A DNA stretch of 64,000 bases, from the NCBI RefSeq assembly GCF_006345805.1, contig NC_043000.1, forward strand, positions 134,788,001-134,852,000, in the 5' to 3' direction. The stretch is from Octopus sinensis (lineage: Eukaryota). Below are positions 25,770 to 38,617 of the stretch, piece by piece (position 1 is the stretch's first letter; the number at the start of each line of letters is the position of its first letter). A program made the translations under genes and the position numbers. Below the pieces are notes generated by a model. It was not told the DNA's origin, ran no database searches, and saw only the letters and a list, made by a program, of their open reading frames with translations.

Positions 25770-26140
25770 TATGTTATGTCAGGTCACTTTCGAGTGCTAC
25801 TGATAACATCTAACTCAGTACAACCTGTTGCATGGTCGAGTCGTCGGCGACTAAACCGGCTTGCTTGGTGAGGAGGGTGTTTATTGGACATCCTGCGGGA
25901 TGAAAAGCAAAACCCGTCAAAAGGCGGAGGAACTCTTGAGAGTTAACGGCCATCCAATAAATGTCTTAAGGATGTATCATGCGCAGGGACATAGAAATAA
26001 TTGGACTGAATACCCGATCGTGCGGTTAAACCATTGGGAGTGAAGGACTCCTAGCCTTTATTAGGGCATCCTTCTAGGAGAAGGTAATTCAGGTAACTGG
26101 GATAACTCCGACATAAAACCTGTGGCTCAGTGGTTACCGA
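25770..26140 (+). mobile_element. Repeat resembling the 5' region of an RTE-type retroposon
   Basis: tatgttatgtcaggtcactttcgagtgct...gtcgtcggcgactaaaccggc, with a second copy at 38612-38820. Family label is inference. Confidence 0.55.
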
Positions 26141-27039
26141 TGATGTTGACTTGTTCTTCTTTTTGGATTATGGCTGCTGTTGCTTAGTGAGTGGAATTGA
26201 CTTAGTGAACAGCCTTTCCTCACTTTAAAAAAATCTTCTTGCACAGGCATTGCACGATAACATTGATTAAGCTTCGTGCAATGGCCATACTCGATAACGA
26301 GGGGGCAGCCACTAAAATTTAATTGATGTCTATTATATTGAGGATATAATAAGAATAAAATAAACTTTGAATTGTCTCCCATACTTGTCAGAATAATCAA
26401 AATAGTATAAGTCATTGACTGATATTTTATTTCTCACAATATATTTATTTCTGGCTAGCTTTATAATGTCCCCTGCATTAAATATATTTACACTAACTTA
26501 ACTATTGTTTTTCCTGCAGATGACATATCCGAGGAGTTAGTTATTGCTTAACAGTGTTTAGCTTCATATTGGTTTTAGCAGGAGTGCAAATTGATATTCT
26601 CTTAATAGCTTTCAGGGTTTTCTGTGTGACTTGCATTTGGAAATAGAATATATAAATGAGAAGAAATAAGTAGTGCACAATAAATCAGGGGCTGGGATTT
26701 GACAAAATAGAAATGGCTGATCAGAAAGTTGAGTAGGCCTTCTAGACTGGAGATAGAAAAGCAAATTACCTAGGTAATGAATAAGAGTCCTGTCTTATAA
26801 TGGGGGTTAATTTGTTTTAATTAGCAGAGGAAGGACAGTGCTTATGGCCTATTTCAAAGTCTCCAAGACTGGTGATTGTATGGGAAGAAGTTGTCTTAAG
26901 AATGGAAATCCAACTGAAATGCATGCAACAGCAAACCCTGAAAAGGTACCCAAGTGACAGGGTGTAATGCTGAACTGGATGATGGATTAATTCCACCACC
27001 CAAGAATAGGAAGTCTTTCTAATGGGCTTCCATGTAGTA

Positions 27040-27210
27040 TCATCATCGTTTAACGTCCGTTTTCTGTGCTAGCACGGGTTGGACGGTTCGACCGGGGTCT
27101 GGGGAGCCAGGGGCTGCTCCAGGCTCCAGTCTGATCTGGCAGTGTTTCTACAGCTGGATGCCCTTCCTAACGCCAACCACTCCGCGAATGTAGTGGGTGC
27201 TTTTTACGTA
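27040..27210 (-). mobile_element. Retroposon family C, 5'-truncated
   Basis: catcatcgtttaacgtccg tail plus core. Confidence 0.8.
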
Positions 27211-28474
27211 GTATATGTCTTCAAATTTTCACTCACAGTTTTGGATGATTTGTGTTTATGGTAGAAGTAGAGCACAATGGGAATTAACCAAAGTAGAACA
27301 TTATGAGAATTAACCTGAAGCCATGTAGTTACTTAGTGGACTTCTTCCACACTGGCTTGTCTGCAACCATTGCTTTGATAAATGGGAATTTATTGGAGCT
27401 GGTTTTCACCATCAAAAGTAAAGAAACAGTTGAAAAATTGAACAGTTGAGTTGCTTTTATCTATCATCACTTTACCATAATATGATAAGATGAGTTCAAT
27501 AACTAGTTTTTGTACCATACCTCAACATAATTAAAGCACATTGGTCCTGTGCTTATTCAAAGTCTAATAATGCAGCCTTGCTATAAATTGTTTATCTGAA
27601 ACAAAGCTGTTATTGCATGAGGTTCTTACCCCTAGAAGCCTTCTTCAACTGATAACCAAGTTAAATAGTGATGGTCATCTAAGCATGAGGTTGAGTCATG
27701 TGATATAATAAGCATATAAATCATGTGAAGTGTCCAAATGAATGTCATTTTTTCCTTTTTGTATATTGTATTCATACATAAGGACTGTCTAGTTGCTGGT
27801 ATACCCTTGTTTATGCTCGTAGACATACATAAGCTATGCTACAATTAAGTTGATTGCTGGACAGGTTCACAGTAGCGTCTCAACAGTAGGTTTTGGTTGT
27901 TGTCACATTTGGAGAGCCATATTTACTCTGCATATGTCCACACACAGGTAAACATAATCATTTTTCTTTGCTACTACAATCAATAGCAAAACCTCAACAT
28001 GATTAAAACACATTTGGTCCTATGCTTATACAAAGTCTAATAATGTAGCCCCAAAACAAAACTATTATTGCAAGAGGTCCTTTACCCCTAGAAGCCTTCT
28101 TCAAGTGATAACCAAATTAATTAGTGATGATTGTCTAAGCATGAGGTTGAGTCATACTTTTTTGTGGACTCAGTGATGTCAAATTTTAGTAAACATTTAA
28201 TTTCTTCTTTATTTTTTTACATGCATTAGTATTTGTCTCATAGGTTGTGTTGCAGGTTTTATATCTTGGTTAATTGATAATTTTGACATAAAAATGTCTT
28301 TTAGCTTAGCAACGTTTAGCAATACTTTTGACTACTTAAAGTATTGTCGAGTAACTGAATTATCTTTTGCTGTTGAGAAAATGTTAACATAGTTTATTTT
28401 AAATTAAGACAGACAAAGCAGCTATCTTACAAACTAATTAGTAACCACCAGTTAAAGATTTAACAAGTATTCTA

Positions 28475-28860
28475 GGAGTGGCTGTCTAGTATGTAGCTTG
28501 CTTACCAACCACATGGTTCCTGGTTCAGTCCCACTGCGTGGCACCTTGGGCAAGTGTCTCCTACTATAGCCTCAGGCCGACCAAAGCCTTGTGAGTGGAT
28601 TTGGTAGACAGAAACTGAAAGAAGCTTGTCGTATGTATATATGTATATGTTTGTGTGTCTGTGTTTGTCCCTCCAACATTGCTTGACAACCGATGCTGGT
28701 GTGTTTACGTCCCCGTAACTTAGTGGTTCAGAAAAAGAGACTGATAGAATAATTACTGGGCTTACAAAGAATAAGTCCTGGGGTTGATTTTCTCGACTAA
28801 AGGCAGTGCTTCAGCATGGCCACAGTCAAATGACTGAAACAAGTAAAAGACTAAAGAGTA
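28475..28860 (+). mobile_element. SINE family A
   Basis: Full body and tail, slightly altered head. Confidence 0.88.
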
Positions 28861-29254
28861 ATTGAGCTAATTTTGTGTATGAATGACCCCAAATAAAGCT
28901 TGAGGTGTAGTTGAGCCATAGGTAAATATCTTGACTTTGCATGGTTGATAGTTGTTTCAGAGATTATTTTGTTTTGCTTTATCAATTAATTAAATGTTGC
29001 TGATCAGTCAATAGTGAATGATGTGGATATTCCAACAACTACAATTTGTGTTGATCATAACTCTTAGTTGGAAATATAAATTCATTGTCACTGATTGACA
29101 GTGCTTTTCCATGTAATTTACTAGAATTGCTATTTATGTTGGCATTGAGCAGAAGTGTTTCTAAAGATGGCAAATCTGTTAAAACTTTTTTTTCATTTGC
29201 ATTCTCTCTGAAATGTCTTATTTATCTATTTTTTCTTTTTATTTTGTATATGAA

Positions 29255-29625
29255 TCGACTGGCTTCCGTGCCGGTGGCACATAAAATGCACCAATCTGAC
29301 CGTGGCTGATGCCAGCCTCGCCTGGCACCAGTGCAGGTGGCACGTAAAAAGCACCCACTACACTCACGGAGTGGTTGGCGTTAGGAAGGGCATCCAGCTG
29401 TAGAAACATTGCCAGATAAGACCGGAGCCTGGTGCAGCCTTCTGGCTTCCCCGATCCCCGGTCGAACCGTCCAACCCATATAGTTACTTAGTGAACTTCT
29501 TCCACACTGAGTTCAAATTCTGCTGAGGTTAACTTTGCCTTTCATCCTTTTGGGGTTGATTAAATAAGTACCAGTTACACACTGGGGTTGATGGAGAATG
29601 GACGTTAAACGATGATGATGATGAT
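29255..29625 (+). mobile_element. Retroposon family C interrupted by a SINE B fragment
   Basis: Family C core, SINE B piece at about 29505-29590, then ggacgttaaacgatgatgat tail. Confidence 0.75.
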
Positions 29626-29944
29626 ATGAGTTACAGAAGATCAAATGAAATTTGGAAGTGAAAACCAAATGAAATTTCAACAATTATATTAATGTGGTGA
29701 TAAATGTTACCTCTTAGTATAGTTATTACTTTCATCTTTTATCGAGATTTTTCTAAATACCTACTTTGCTTGTTACAAATTGATATTGTTTTCATCATAA
29801 GGAGCTTGTTTATCAACTAACTCATGTGTCTCTACTGATGCTATTAACATTTTGAATGTGATGTTGAGTGAAGGCAACAATTAAAGTCTCATAGTGTGAT
29901 GTCTTCAGAATGAATTTATTCCACTATTACATTGTCAATATCTG

Positions 29945-30474
29945 TTTCTTTATTACCCACAAGGGGCTAAACATAGAGGGGACAAACAAGGACAGACAAA
30001 CGGATTAAGTCGATTACATCGACCCCCCTCCCCCCAGTGCGTGACTGGTACTTAATTTATCGACCCCGAAAGGATGAAAGGCAAAGTCGACCTCGGCGGA
30101 ATTTGAACCCAGAACGTAACGACGTACAAAGTACCTATTTTTTTTACTACCCACAAGGGGCTAAACACAGACAGAACAAACAAGGACAGACAAACGGATT
30201 AAGTTTGATTAAGTTCGTAACTGCAGACAAAATACCTATTTCTATTTCTTTACTACCCACAAGGGGTTACACACAGAGGGGACAAACAAGGACAGATAAA
30301 CGGATGAAGTCGATTATATCGACCCCAGTGCGTAACTGGTACTTAATTTATCGACCCTGAAAGGATGAAAGGCAAAGTCGACCTCAGCGGAATTTGAACT
30401 TAGAACGTAATGGCAGACGAAATACAGCTACGCATTTTGCCCGGCGTGCTAACGGTTCTGCCAGCTCGCCGCCT
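29945..30474 (-). mobile_element. Composite of three partial SINE B copies
   Basis: tacccacaagggg(c/t)taaacac...caaacggattaag repeated three times, with a single head at the right end. Confidence 0.85.
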
Positions 30475-30733
30475 ACATTGTCATTATCATTGTTACCAAA
30501 ATCATGTTTTTATTTTTGCTTTGGTTTTACTTGGGTAATATAGCTAAGTAAGGACTCATTGACTTGGAGTGAAATAAGTTGCAATATACTCCACTTGTCA
30601 ATTTTTTTTTTTTTTTTTTTGTGTACTGAAATAGGACATTGGTGAGTTATTTTCACTCATGTAAGTTAATTTGTTGTCGTTTGTATACAATATATTTCAT
30701 GCAGGTTATATTCCTCAATTTTCTGTAGAATTA

Positions 30734-31222
30734 CCGTAAATCCTCGAGTATAATCTGCATTTCCCTCCAAAAATTTAAAGGTCAAAATCTCTAGTGTGTA
30801 TTATACATGAGGTTAAAAATGGAAATTATTTTCGAAGCAATGTCCGAGTCTCTATTTGCTGTCTGGCAATGTTTATTCAGACGCATTTTGTGATGTTGGG
30901 CACGAAAATACCTTAAGCTAAGCCTGAAAGCAATGAAGTCATAAAAGAATCATCCATAACTTGCAACATTTATTAAATGTTATTACTGTTATTTCTTTAT
31001 TTTCTGCAAACAAAATGCACAAAAAAGCTACATGTTTGCATTATGTTATATATACAATAATAATAAAGGACGTTACCGTATACATTTTTACAAACCAAGA
31101 ATGTTATATAGACCTCTCTGACTCAAGTTAGAGAAGGGGTGCGTATTATACACAAGGTTTAAGTTTTTCAGAGGTACAGCCCTTTAAAAATCCCCTGCGC
31201 ATTATACTCAAGGGATTTACGG
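30734..31222. mobile_element. Tc1/mariner (pogo/Tigger-like) MITE
   Basis: TA TSDs at 30732-30733 and 31223-31224. TIRs ccgtaaatcctcgagtataat and attatactcaagggatttacgg. Confidence 0.85.
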
Positions 31223-32169
31223 TACCCGTTTTTTTCTTGTTGTGATCTATTGAAGCCATCTTAAAATACATTCTAGTGCATTGAGACAGTTCTTCCAAGT
31301 ATATGCAGTTGTAGTTGAAGTTGTGATGTTGAGTGCTGAGGATGGTGAAATATCATTTATCACCATTATATGATATCTGTTAATATTCTTATTTGAAGTT
31401 TAATGTTGTGGTCCCACTAGAAATTGTTCATTGAAAACAAAACTGTAATTGTAAGAGGTCTTTTATCTTTAGAAGCCTTCTTCGTCTGAATAACCAAATT
31501 CCATTCATAAATCTGGTAACCCTGTTAAGCAGAGCTGATCATGTAATGTAGTAAACATGTAAATTGTGTGAAGCATGCAACATTACCATATGAATATTAT
31601 ATTCTATAATACCATTCATTTTATTTGGTGCCATGAGCTTACATTATAATTTGATACCAGTGAGTTCATGATAAGCACAATTGTTACATCAATAGGTGTC
31701 AACTTACTTCTTTTGTTAAATAAAGATATATTTGGAAAATGGCTTTTATCTTTTTATCAACTAAAATTGTGTAAACTTGAACTTTGTATATAATTTATTT
31801 GCTTATCTATTATACTTCTTTAAAAAAAATCTTTATATATATATACAACTACTTCAGACTTTAACCAGGTGGTGAAATATAAACTCCAATTAATCAATAT
31901 GGGAAACTGCTGTTTTGCTTTTTGTCTGGCTATTTTAGACAAAACAAATTTACTTTATTGACTTTAGTTACTTGAAGAAAGTTGAGTAGCTTTTGTGCAT
32001 TTTGTTCTTTTTTTTCCTCTTTTAAATTAATCTTTAACTCAACTGAATTTAAGATGACTAACACTTCTACTTTTGTGAACTGAGAAAGACCCGACAAGCC
32101 AAGTGAGACCATAGCCCATGGCCTATGCCAGTGGGTGTAACCAGCCCATTTATGAATATCCCTCATTCA

Positions 32170-32815
32170 TTGGACAATAAATCTTGCTTGTGAAGACCTA
32201 TTTAGGCAAGTGAAATCAAAACCAAAATTGCTGATGTGGCCGATGACAGTACCACCTGATTGGCACTTGTGCCAGTGGAACGTTAAAAGTACATTCGAAT
32301 GTGGGGTGTAACTGGCCCACTTATGAGTACCCCTCATTCATTGGACTATGAACTTTGTTTGCAAAGACCTATTGAGGCAAGTGTAGACAAATCAAAATCG
32401 CTGATGTGGCCATTGACAGTATCGCCTGATTGACACTCGTGCCAGTGGAACTTCAAAAGCATATCCGAGCATGATCGTTGCCAGGGCCACGGATTGGCTC
32501 CTGTGCCGGTGACACATGAAAAGCACCATTCGAGCGTGATAGTTGCCAGCATTGCTTTACCGGCACATGTGCTCGTGGCACATGAAAAACAACATTCGAG
32601 CGTGGTCGTTGCTAGTGCCACCGGAATGGCTGTTGTGCAGGTAGCATGTAAAAACACCTTTTGAGCATGGTCGTTGCCAGAACTGCCTGACTGGCCCTCA
32701 TGCTGGTGGCACATAAAAGCACCCACTGCACACTTGGATTGGTTGGCATTAGGAAGGGCATCCAGCTGTAGAAACTTTGCCAGATCAGATTGAGCCTGGT
32801 ACAGCCTCTGGCTCA
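32170..32815 (+). mobile_element. Retroposon family C, longer copy with tandem subrepeats
   Basis: Accounts for ORF 32346-32894 (QSDLAKFLQLDALPNAN), which recurs in all family C copies. Confidence 0.8.
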
Positions 32816-34354
32816 CCTGTGTTTTATATGTCACCAAATAAGGTAAATAGATATATAAAAAAGACCACTTGGTTAATTGACAAATATTTACCAACCTTTG
32901 TTGTCTCTTTTATCACTACTTAAACCATTAGTATTTAAACTAACCACATTTGGCCCAAATATTTTATCAGCTTTATGTTCATACCAACCAGGTCTGATCT
33001 CTCAAGCCTGCCCAACAATGTCATTCTAAAAAGGCAACTGTCACAATATTGAACTCCTAAAGCTATGAGATAATGCCTAATTAATTCAAAACAACTTGAA
33101 TAAATAAGCATTACATTTGACAGAAAAGTCTGAATGCTAAAAAGTTAAACAACTAGCATATTGTGTACAATACTTGATATAACACTTTATTGCTGTTCTT
33201 ATGAATTTCACTCTTCAAGCACTACTTGAAACACTTTTAATTGTTGTTTCTATCCCAAACTAATACTCTCTGCAACTCACTAATTTTCTGTGTTCCCCAA
33301 CAAACAGAGCTTCAAATTAACCATCAACTGTATCATCCTTGTCAGAGAGAGCTTGCAAGCTCTTGGGATATCCATGTGAACCATCCTTTTCTCTTTGTTT
33401 AAATACTAAAAAAAAAAAAGTTTTGTTCTGTTTTGAGTTCAAATCATGTCAAAGCCACCTTTCCCTTTTGTTCTTTTGGTATTATTCTTTTACTTTTACT
33501 TGTTTCAGTAATTAGACTGCCTCAGAGGGTTTAATCAAACTGGTACTTATTCTATCAGTCTCTTTTTGTTGAACAGTCAAGTAATGGGGACGTAAACAAA
33601 ACAACACCGTCAAGCACTGGTGACACGCACACAAACACATGATGGGGTTCTTTCAGTTTCTGTCTACCAGATCCACTCACTGGCTTTCATTGACCCAGGG
33701 CTATGGTAGAAGACACTTGCCCAAGGTACCACACAGTAGGACTGAACCTGGATCCATGTGGTTGGGAAGCAGGCTTCTTTTAGCAGGCAGTCATGCCTAA
33801 ATAATTATTGGACATATCAAGGAGTTGATTCTATTGATTATACCTTACCCTACATATTTGCAGCCTTGTGTCAATACGAGAAATCAATGTTTGTAAATTA
33901 TAAAGACTGTAGTTCACGTCGGAGCTTTAATAATTTTTTTTTCCAATTGTCAAATTTTATTTGTTTTTGTAATAATTTTCTTAGTGGAAACGAAGGAAGA
34001 AAAAAAAACAATATAATTACTATTTAAAAATATAAATATGCATTTCGAAGAAAATGTAAACATAATTATCATTTTTAATGTGTTGTTTTGAAATTTGAGT
34101 TCCATTGGTGCACATCAAAACATAATATAAAAGATGGCTGACTTATTGATTAATAAATTAAGAGAAAACAAACTCGTGAGTCATTGCAATTATCAGTTCT
34201 AACTGATGTGTCATAAAAATATTTCTTTCATCTTCCATAAGGATTGAATAAATCTCCTGTGTTGTATTTTAATATGCATGCAATTATTTTTTGTTGTATG
34301 CTCCATCTTCAACTTTTTAATGTTATTTGATATATTTTGATAAAGTAACTCTTT

Positions 34355-34770
34355 TACTCTTTCTCTTTTTTACTCTTTTACTTGTTTGAGTCATTTGACT
34401 GTGGCCATGCTGGAGCACCGCCTTTTAGTCGTGCAAATCGACCCCAGGACTTATTCTTTGCAAACCTAGTACTTATTCTATCGGTTTCTTTTGCCGAACC
34501 GCTAAGTTACAGGGACGTAAACACACCAACATCGGTTGTCAAGCGATGTTGGGGGGAACAAACACAGACACACAAACATATACAGACACACACACACACA
34601 TATACATATATACGACGGGCTTCTTTCAGTTTCTGTCTACCAAATCCACCCACAAGGCTTTGGTCGGCCCGAGGCTATAGTAGAAGGCACTTGCCCAAGG
34701 TGCCATGCAGTGGGACTGAACCCGGAACCATGTGGTTGGTAAGTAAGCTACTTACCACACAGTCATTCCT
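34355..34770 (-). mobile_element. SINE family A
   Basis: Reverse complement of the 35584 copy. Confidence 0.9.
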
Positions 34771-35583
34771 ACTCCTGAAACACATTCTATTAATAAATTT
34801 ACTATTTATATAACTTATCTTGTTTATTTGTAAATAGACATATTACGTAAAATAAAAGAAATGAAATATGAATGCATGCAAATACTTTATGAAGAGCCAC
34901 TTGGTTAAGAAGCCTGCTTTGCAACCATGAGGTTTTGGGTTCAGTCTCACTGTGCAGCACTGTGGGCATCTACTATAGCCCTGGCCCAATCAATGCTTGT
35001 GTGTGTGTGTGTGTGTGTGAGACTTTGTGTTTATCCTCCTACCACTAACTGTTGTTTTTTTTAGGTCCCTGTGACTTAGCAGTTTAGCAAAAGATAATGG
35101 TACAATAAATACCAGAGATAATGGTATAATAAATACCAATAAATATTTGGGTTAATTTGTTCAACTAATCTTTTCAAGGTGGTGCCCCAGCATAGCTGTA
35201 GTGCAATGACTTAAACAAGTAAAAGATATATAAATCATTAATTAAAAAAAATAATCAAACCCACAGAGTAATAAGTAAAATAAACTCACTCACATTCACT
35301 TGGATTTTCTCTAACTAAACTAGTTTGTGAAATGCCTTTTGTTCATAGTCAAATTAAATTATCATGGCTGTATCGTTAAGATGTTTGCTATTTAGCCATG
35401 CAATTTTGGGTTCAGTTCTACTGCAATGTACCTGGGGCAAGTATCTTCTACTATATCCCCTAAGTTTAGTGTGGATAATTCTCCTTTGGGGCTTAAATTG
35501 GTTATAAAAATTGTAACAACTTCATCCTCTTGGATACATGATTAAGTTTTGAGACTTATTTTAGGAAAAGCAAAAATAAAAAA

Positions 35584-35998
35584 AATAGGCGCAGGAGTGG
35601 CTGTGTGGTAAGTAGCTTGATAACCAACCACATGGTTCCGGGTTCAGTCCCACTGCGTGGCATCTTGGGCAGGTGTCTTCTCCTATAGCCCCGGGCCGGC
35701 CAATGCCTTGTGAGTGGATTTGGTAGACGGAAACTGAAAGAAGCCTGTCGTATATATGTATATATATATATATGTGTGTGGGGGGGGAGTTGTGTGTCTA
35801 TGTTTGTCCTCCTAGCATTGCTTGACAACCGATGCTGGTGTGTTTACGTCCCCCGTCACTTAGCGGTTCGGCAAAAGAGACCGATAGAATAAGTACTGGG
35901 CTTACAAAGAATAAGTCCCGGGGTCGATTTGATCGACTAAAGGCGGTGCTCCAGCATGGCCGCAGTCAAATGACTGAAACAAGTAAAAGAGTAGAGTA
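35584..35998 (+). mobile_element. SINE family A, young full-length copy
   Basis: A box TGGCTGTGTGG at 35598-35608, B box GGTTCAGTCCC at 35641-35651, CpGs retained. Confidence 0.92.
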
Positions 35999-36333
35999 TC
36001 CTTGATGTTGGGAAATATGGTACCTTGAATTCATGTAAAACTTGTTAATCTTTTCAATGTATCATGTGTCTTATTTGTGAGTTAACAACTCTTAAAGTGT
36101 TGTCGACTCACAATTTACATTTTTCCCCCTTTCTTCCACTTATATTTTAGTTATAAAAATTTCCTTTCATGTCTCCTCTTTTTTCACTTTCTTTTCCCCA
36201 TTTTCTAAGCTGTCACAAAGTCATCATTTATTTATTTTCGTATTTCTTGTACTTTTAGGTTTCTCTAGCAGTAAAGAAACAGTTACACATCCGGGCAGGC
36301 CTTTTCACACCAGTGACATTGCTTGCTGTCAGC

Positions 36334-36367
36334 ATGGCTTCAGAAACTCAAGAAACTACACCATCAG
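36334..36367 (+). CDS. RMDN1: RMDN1-like coding exon 1 (MASETQETTPS). The full exon is 36259-36367 and is open in frame upstream of the Met.
   Basis: Acceptor ttttag|G at 36258, ATG at 36334 in strong Kozak context (AGCATGG), donor CAG|gttaga after 36367. Phase 1 joins 39104 in frame. No recognisable homology in this short segment. Confidence 0.7.
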
Positions 36368-36444
36368 GTTAGATATACTTCTCTCATTTACCAAAAAGGA
36401 AATTTTATTAGTTGTTAATACATTATTTCATAGCCTGTCAGTAT

Positions 36445-36800
36445 TATGCTTTCATCAACACTGCTGAGACCCCTTTTGGTCATGACTGACCATGGGATTG
36501 CACCTAGAAAGTTACCCTCCCAGGCACAAGTCCGGGCAAGGTTGTTTATGGAAGACCAGCAGTCGCCCATGCATACCGGCCTCCCCTCTCTATGCCACCA
36601 GTGTTATCCAAGGGAAAGGCAAAGGCCGGTACAGCTTGGCACCAGTGATGTCGCAACTCATTTCTATAGCTGAGTGAACTGGAGCAACGTGAAATAAAGT
36701 GTCTTGCTCAAGAACACAACACTCAGCCCGGTCCAGGATTTGAACTCATAACCTCACGATCATAAGCTTGACACTCTAACCACTGAGCCATGCACTTTCA
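36445..36800 (-). mobile_element. SINE family D
   Basis: taaccactgagccatgcac (reverse head) and body matching 19849. Confidence 0.82.
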
Positions 36801-38304
36801 CTCATCAACACTATCAGTAATATTAAGACATGAGCTAACAAGAGAACCTCCACATGTTCACTCAACATGTTAGAAATAGTAACCAAATTCCTCTCAAACC
36901 ACACCCTAACATCTTAAAAAATGGCGTATGTAGGACTACACTGGGTAGTGTAGTCCCAGATAAATCATAACCGTCGTCATTTTTTATTGTCTATTTTTCT
37001 AGGTCTACATGGCTCTAATGGATTTTATTGGGGTTGATTTTCTACAGCCAAATATTCTTTTTGTTATTAACTCCCTCCTGATTCTAAGTGTCTCATAATA
37101 GTTTCCCTTAATCTGGACATATTTTTACGAGAGATTGTAAATAAGCAGTTGATATAATAGTGATGTTTGTTTACAACTAATATGTGATGTCAAAGGAGAC
37201 AAAAAGTCAGGTATACACAGGCTTCTTTTCAGTTTCTGCCTTCCAAGGTTTTGTGTCTACCAGAGTTTTGTGCATTGTATGCATGTGCATGCACGTGCAC
37301 ACACACTGACTAAGACGAAGACAATGAACAAGAAGAAAATGCAATACAGGAGGGACAAGTTTTAACTAATATTGTATTAGTTTTATACTTTTAAAAAATG
37401 ACATAGTCTTAATATTTTGGACACTAATCCTTCATCAGAAGAATTAGAAGGCCTATCAGAGGCAATGATCAAAACCTTTGGCATTACATCATGCTTGAGA
37501 AGACCCATCAAGCCAAGCAAAATCACAGTCGTGGCAGATACTGGTGTCATGTAAATGGCACCCATACTGGTGGCACATAAAAGCACCCATTACATTCTCA
37601 GAGTGGCTGGCATTAGGAAGGGCATCCAGCCATAGAAACTATGCCAAATCAGACTGGAGTCTGGTATAGCCTTCCAGCTTGCAAGCCCTGTTCTTTATTG
37701 ATTTTTAAGGAATATTCAGGAGAAGTGAGTCTTGCAACTGCTTGTGGTCTTGATAATCATCATCATCACCATTATTTAACATGCTTGTATGGATTGGACA
37801 GTTTTACAGGAGCTGGTGAGCCACAGGATTGCATCAAGCTTCAATGTCTACTTAATATGGCTTCTATGGTTCGTGCCCTTCCTAACACCAACCACTTTAT
37901 AAGAGAGTATTGGATGCTTTTTACATGGTACCAGCACTAGTGAGGTTTCCAGGTAACTTGGGAGACAAGACCCCTTCAACTGAGGCAGGAATAGTATTGA
38001 GGGAGGTGGCTTTATGCCAGGTGGGGAGAGCTTAATGTATAATTGGGGAGCAGAATAGGTGTCTTGCTGTAGGAGTGATACATGGTTATCCCAGTTGGAA
38101 GAGGAGGTGGAGAATGGGAACAAATGAATAGCTCATAAACTACACTAATAAATTTACAATAACAATACATCATCATCATCATTGTTTAATGTCCACTTTC
38201 CATGCTGGCATGGGTTGAATGGTTTGACATGGAACTGGCTAACGACGAACTGTCTAGACTCCAGCTGTCTGTTGAGGTGTGGATACCCTTCCTAAAAAAA
38301 AGAA

Positions 38305-38586
38305 GAAATTATTGTATACAGTGCTCAGGTGCACCACAACTTGTCAAAAGTGCGTATAGAGCATATGCAGTAATGTACAAATGTCTGGGAAGTGAACAGT
38401 GTATGAGTCAGATACATGCTTGCGTGTGTATGGAGGGGAGAAAATCAGGTGTAGTGTTGGCGAATCTCAGGAAGCATGGAAGTTTTGAAGGATGCAGTGC
38501 TCCGACAACTAACAACTGATGCCGGCAGTTTGTTCCATGCTTCAGCAACTCTTAGCATGAAAAAATGTTTCCGAAAGTCATGTATA

Positions 38587-38617
<31 letters not shown>

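Noticed and set aside
28124-28185. Box C-like AGTGATGA in one of the triplicated intronic units
   Set aside because: No matching terminal CTGA box D or terminal stem, and the motif is not conserved in the other copies.
31899-31961. Short MGNCCFAFC... ORF resembling a myristoylation/palmitoylation N-terminus
   Set aside because: Only 20 codons, with no donor that links it in frame to RMDN1.
34382-34813. 143-aa ORF and similar ORFs in other copies (GTEPGTMWLVSKLLTTQ etc.)
   Set aside because: Read-through of SINE family A. The same peptide appears at many copies.
35584-35660. tRNA-like A/B boxes in SINE heads
   Set aside because: No complete cloverleaf. These are SINE promoters, not tRNA genes.
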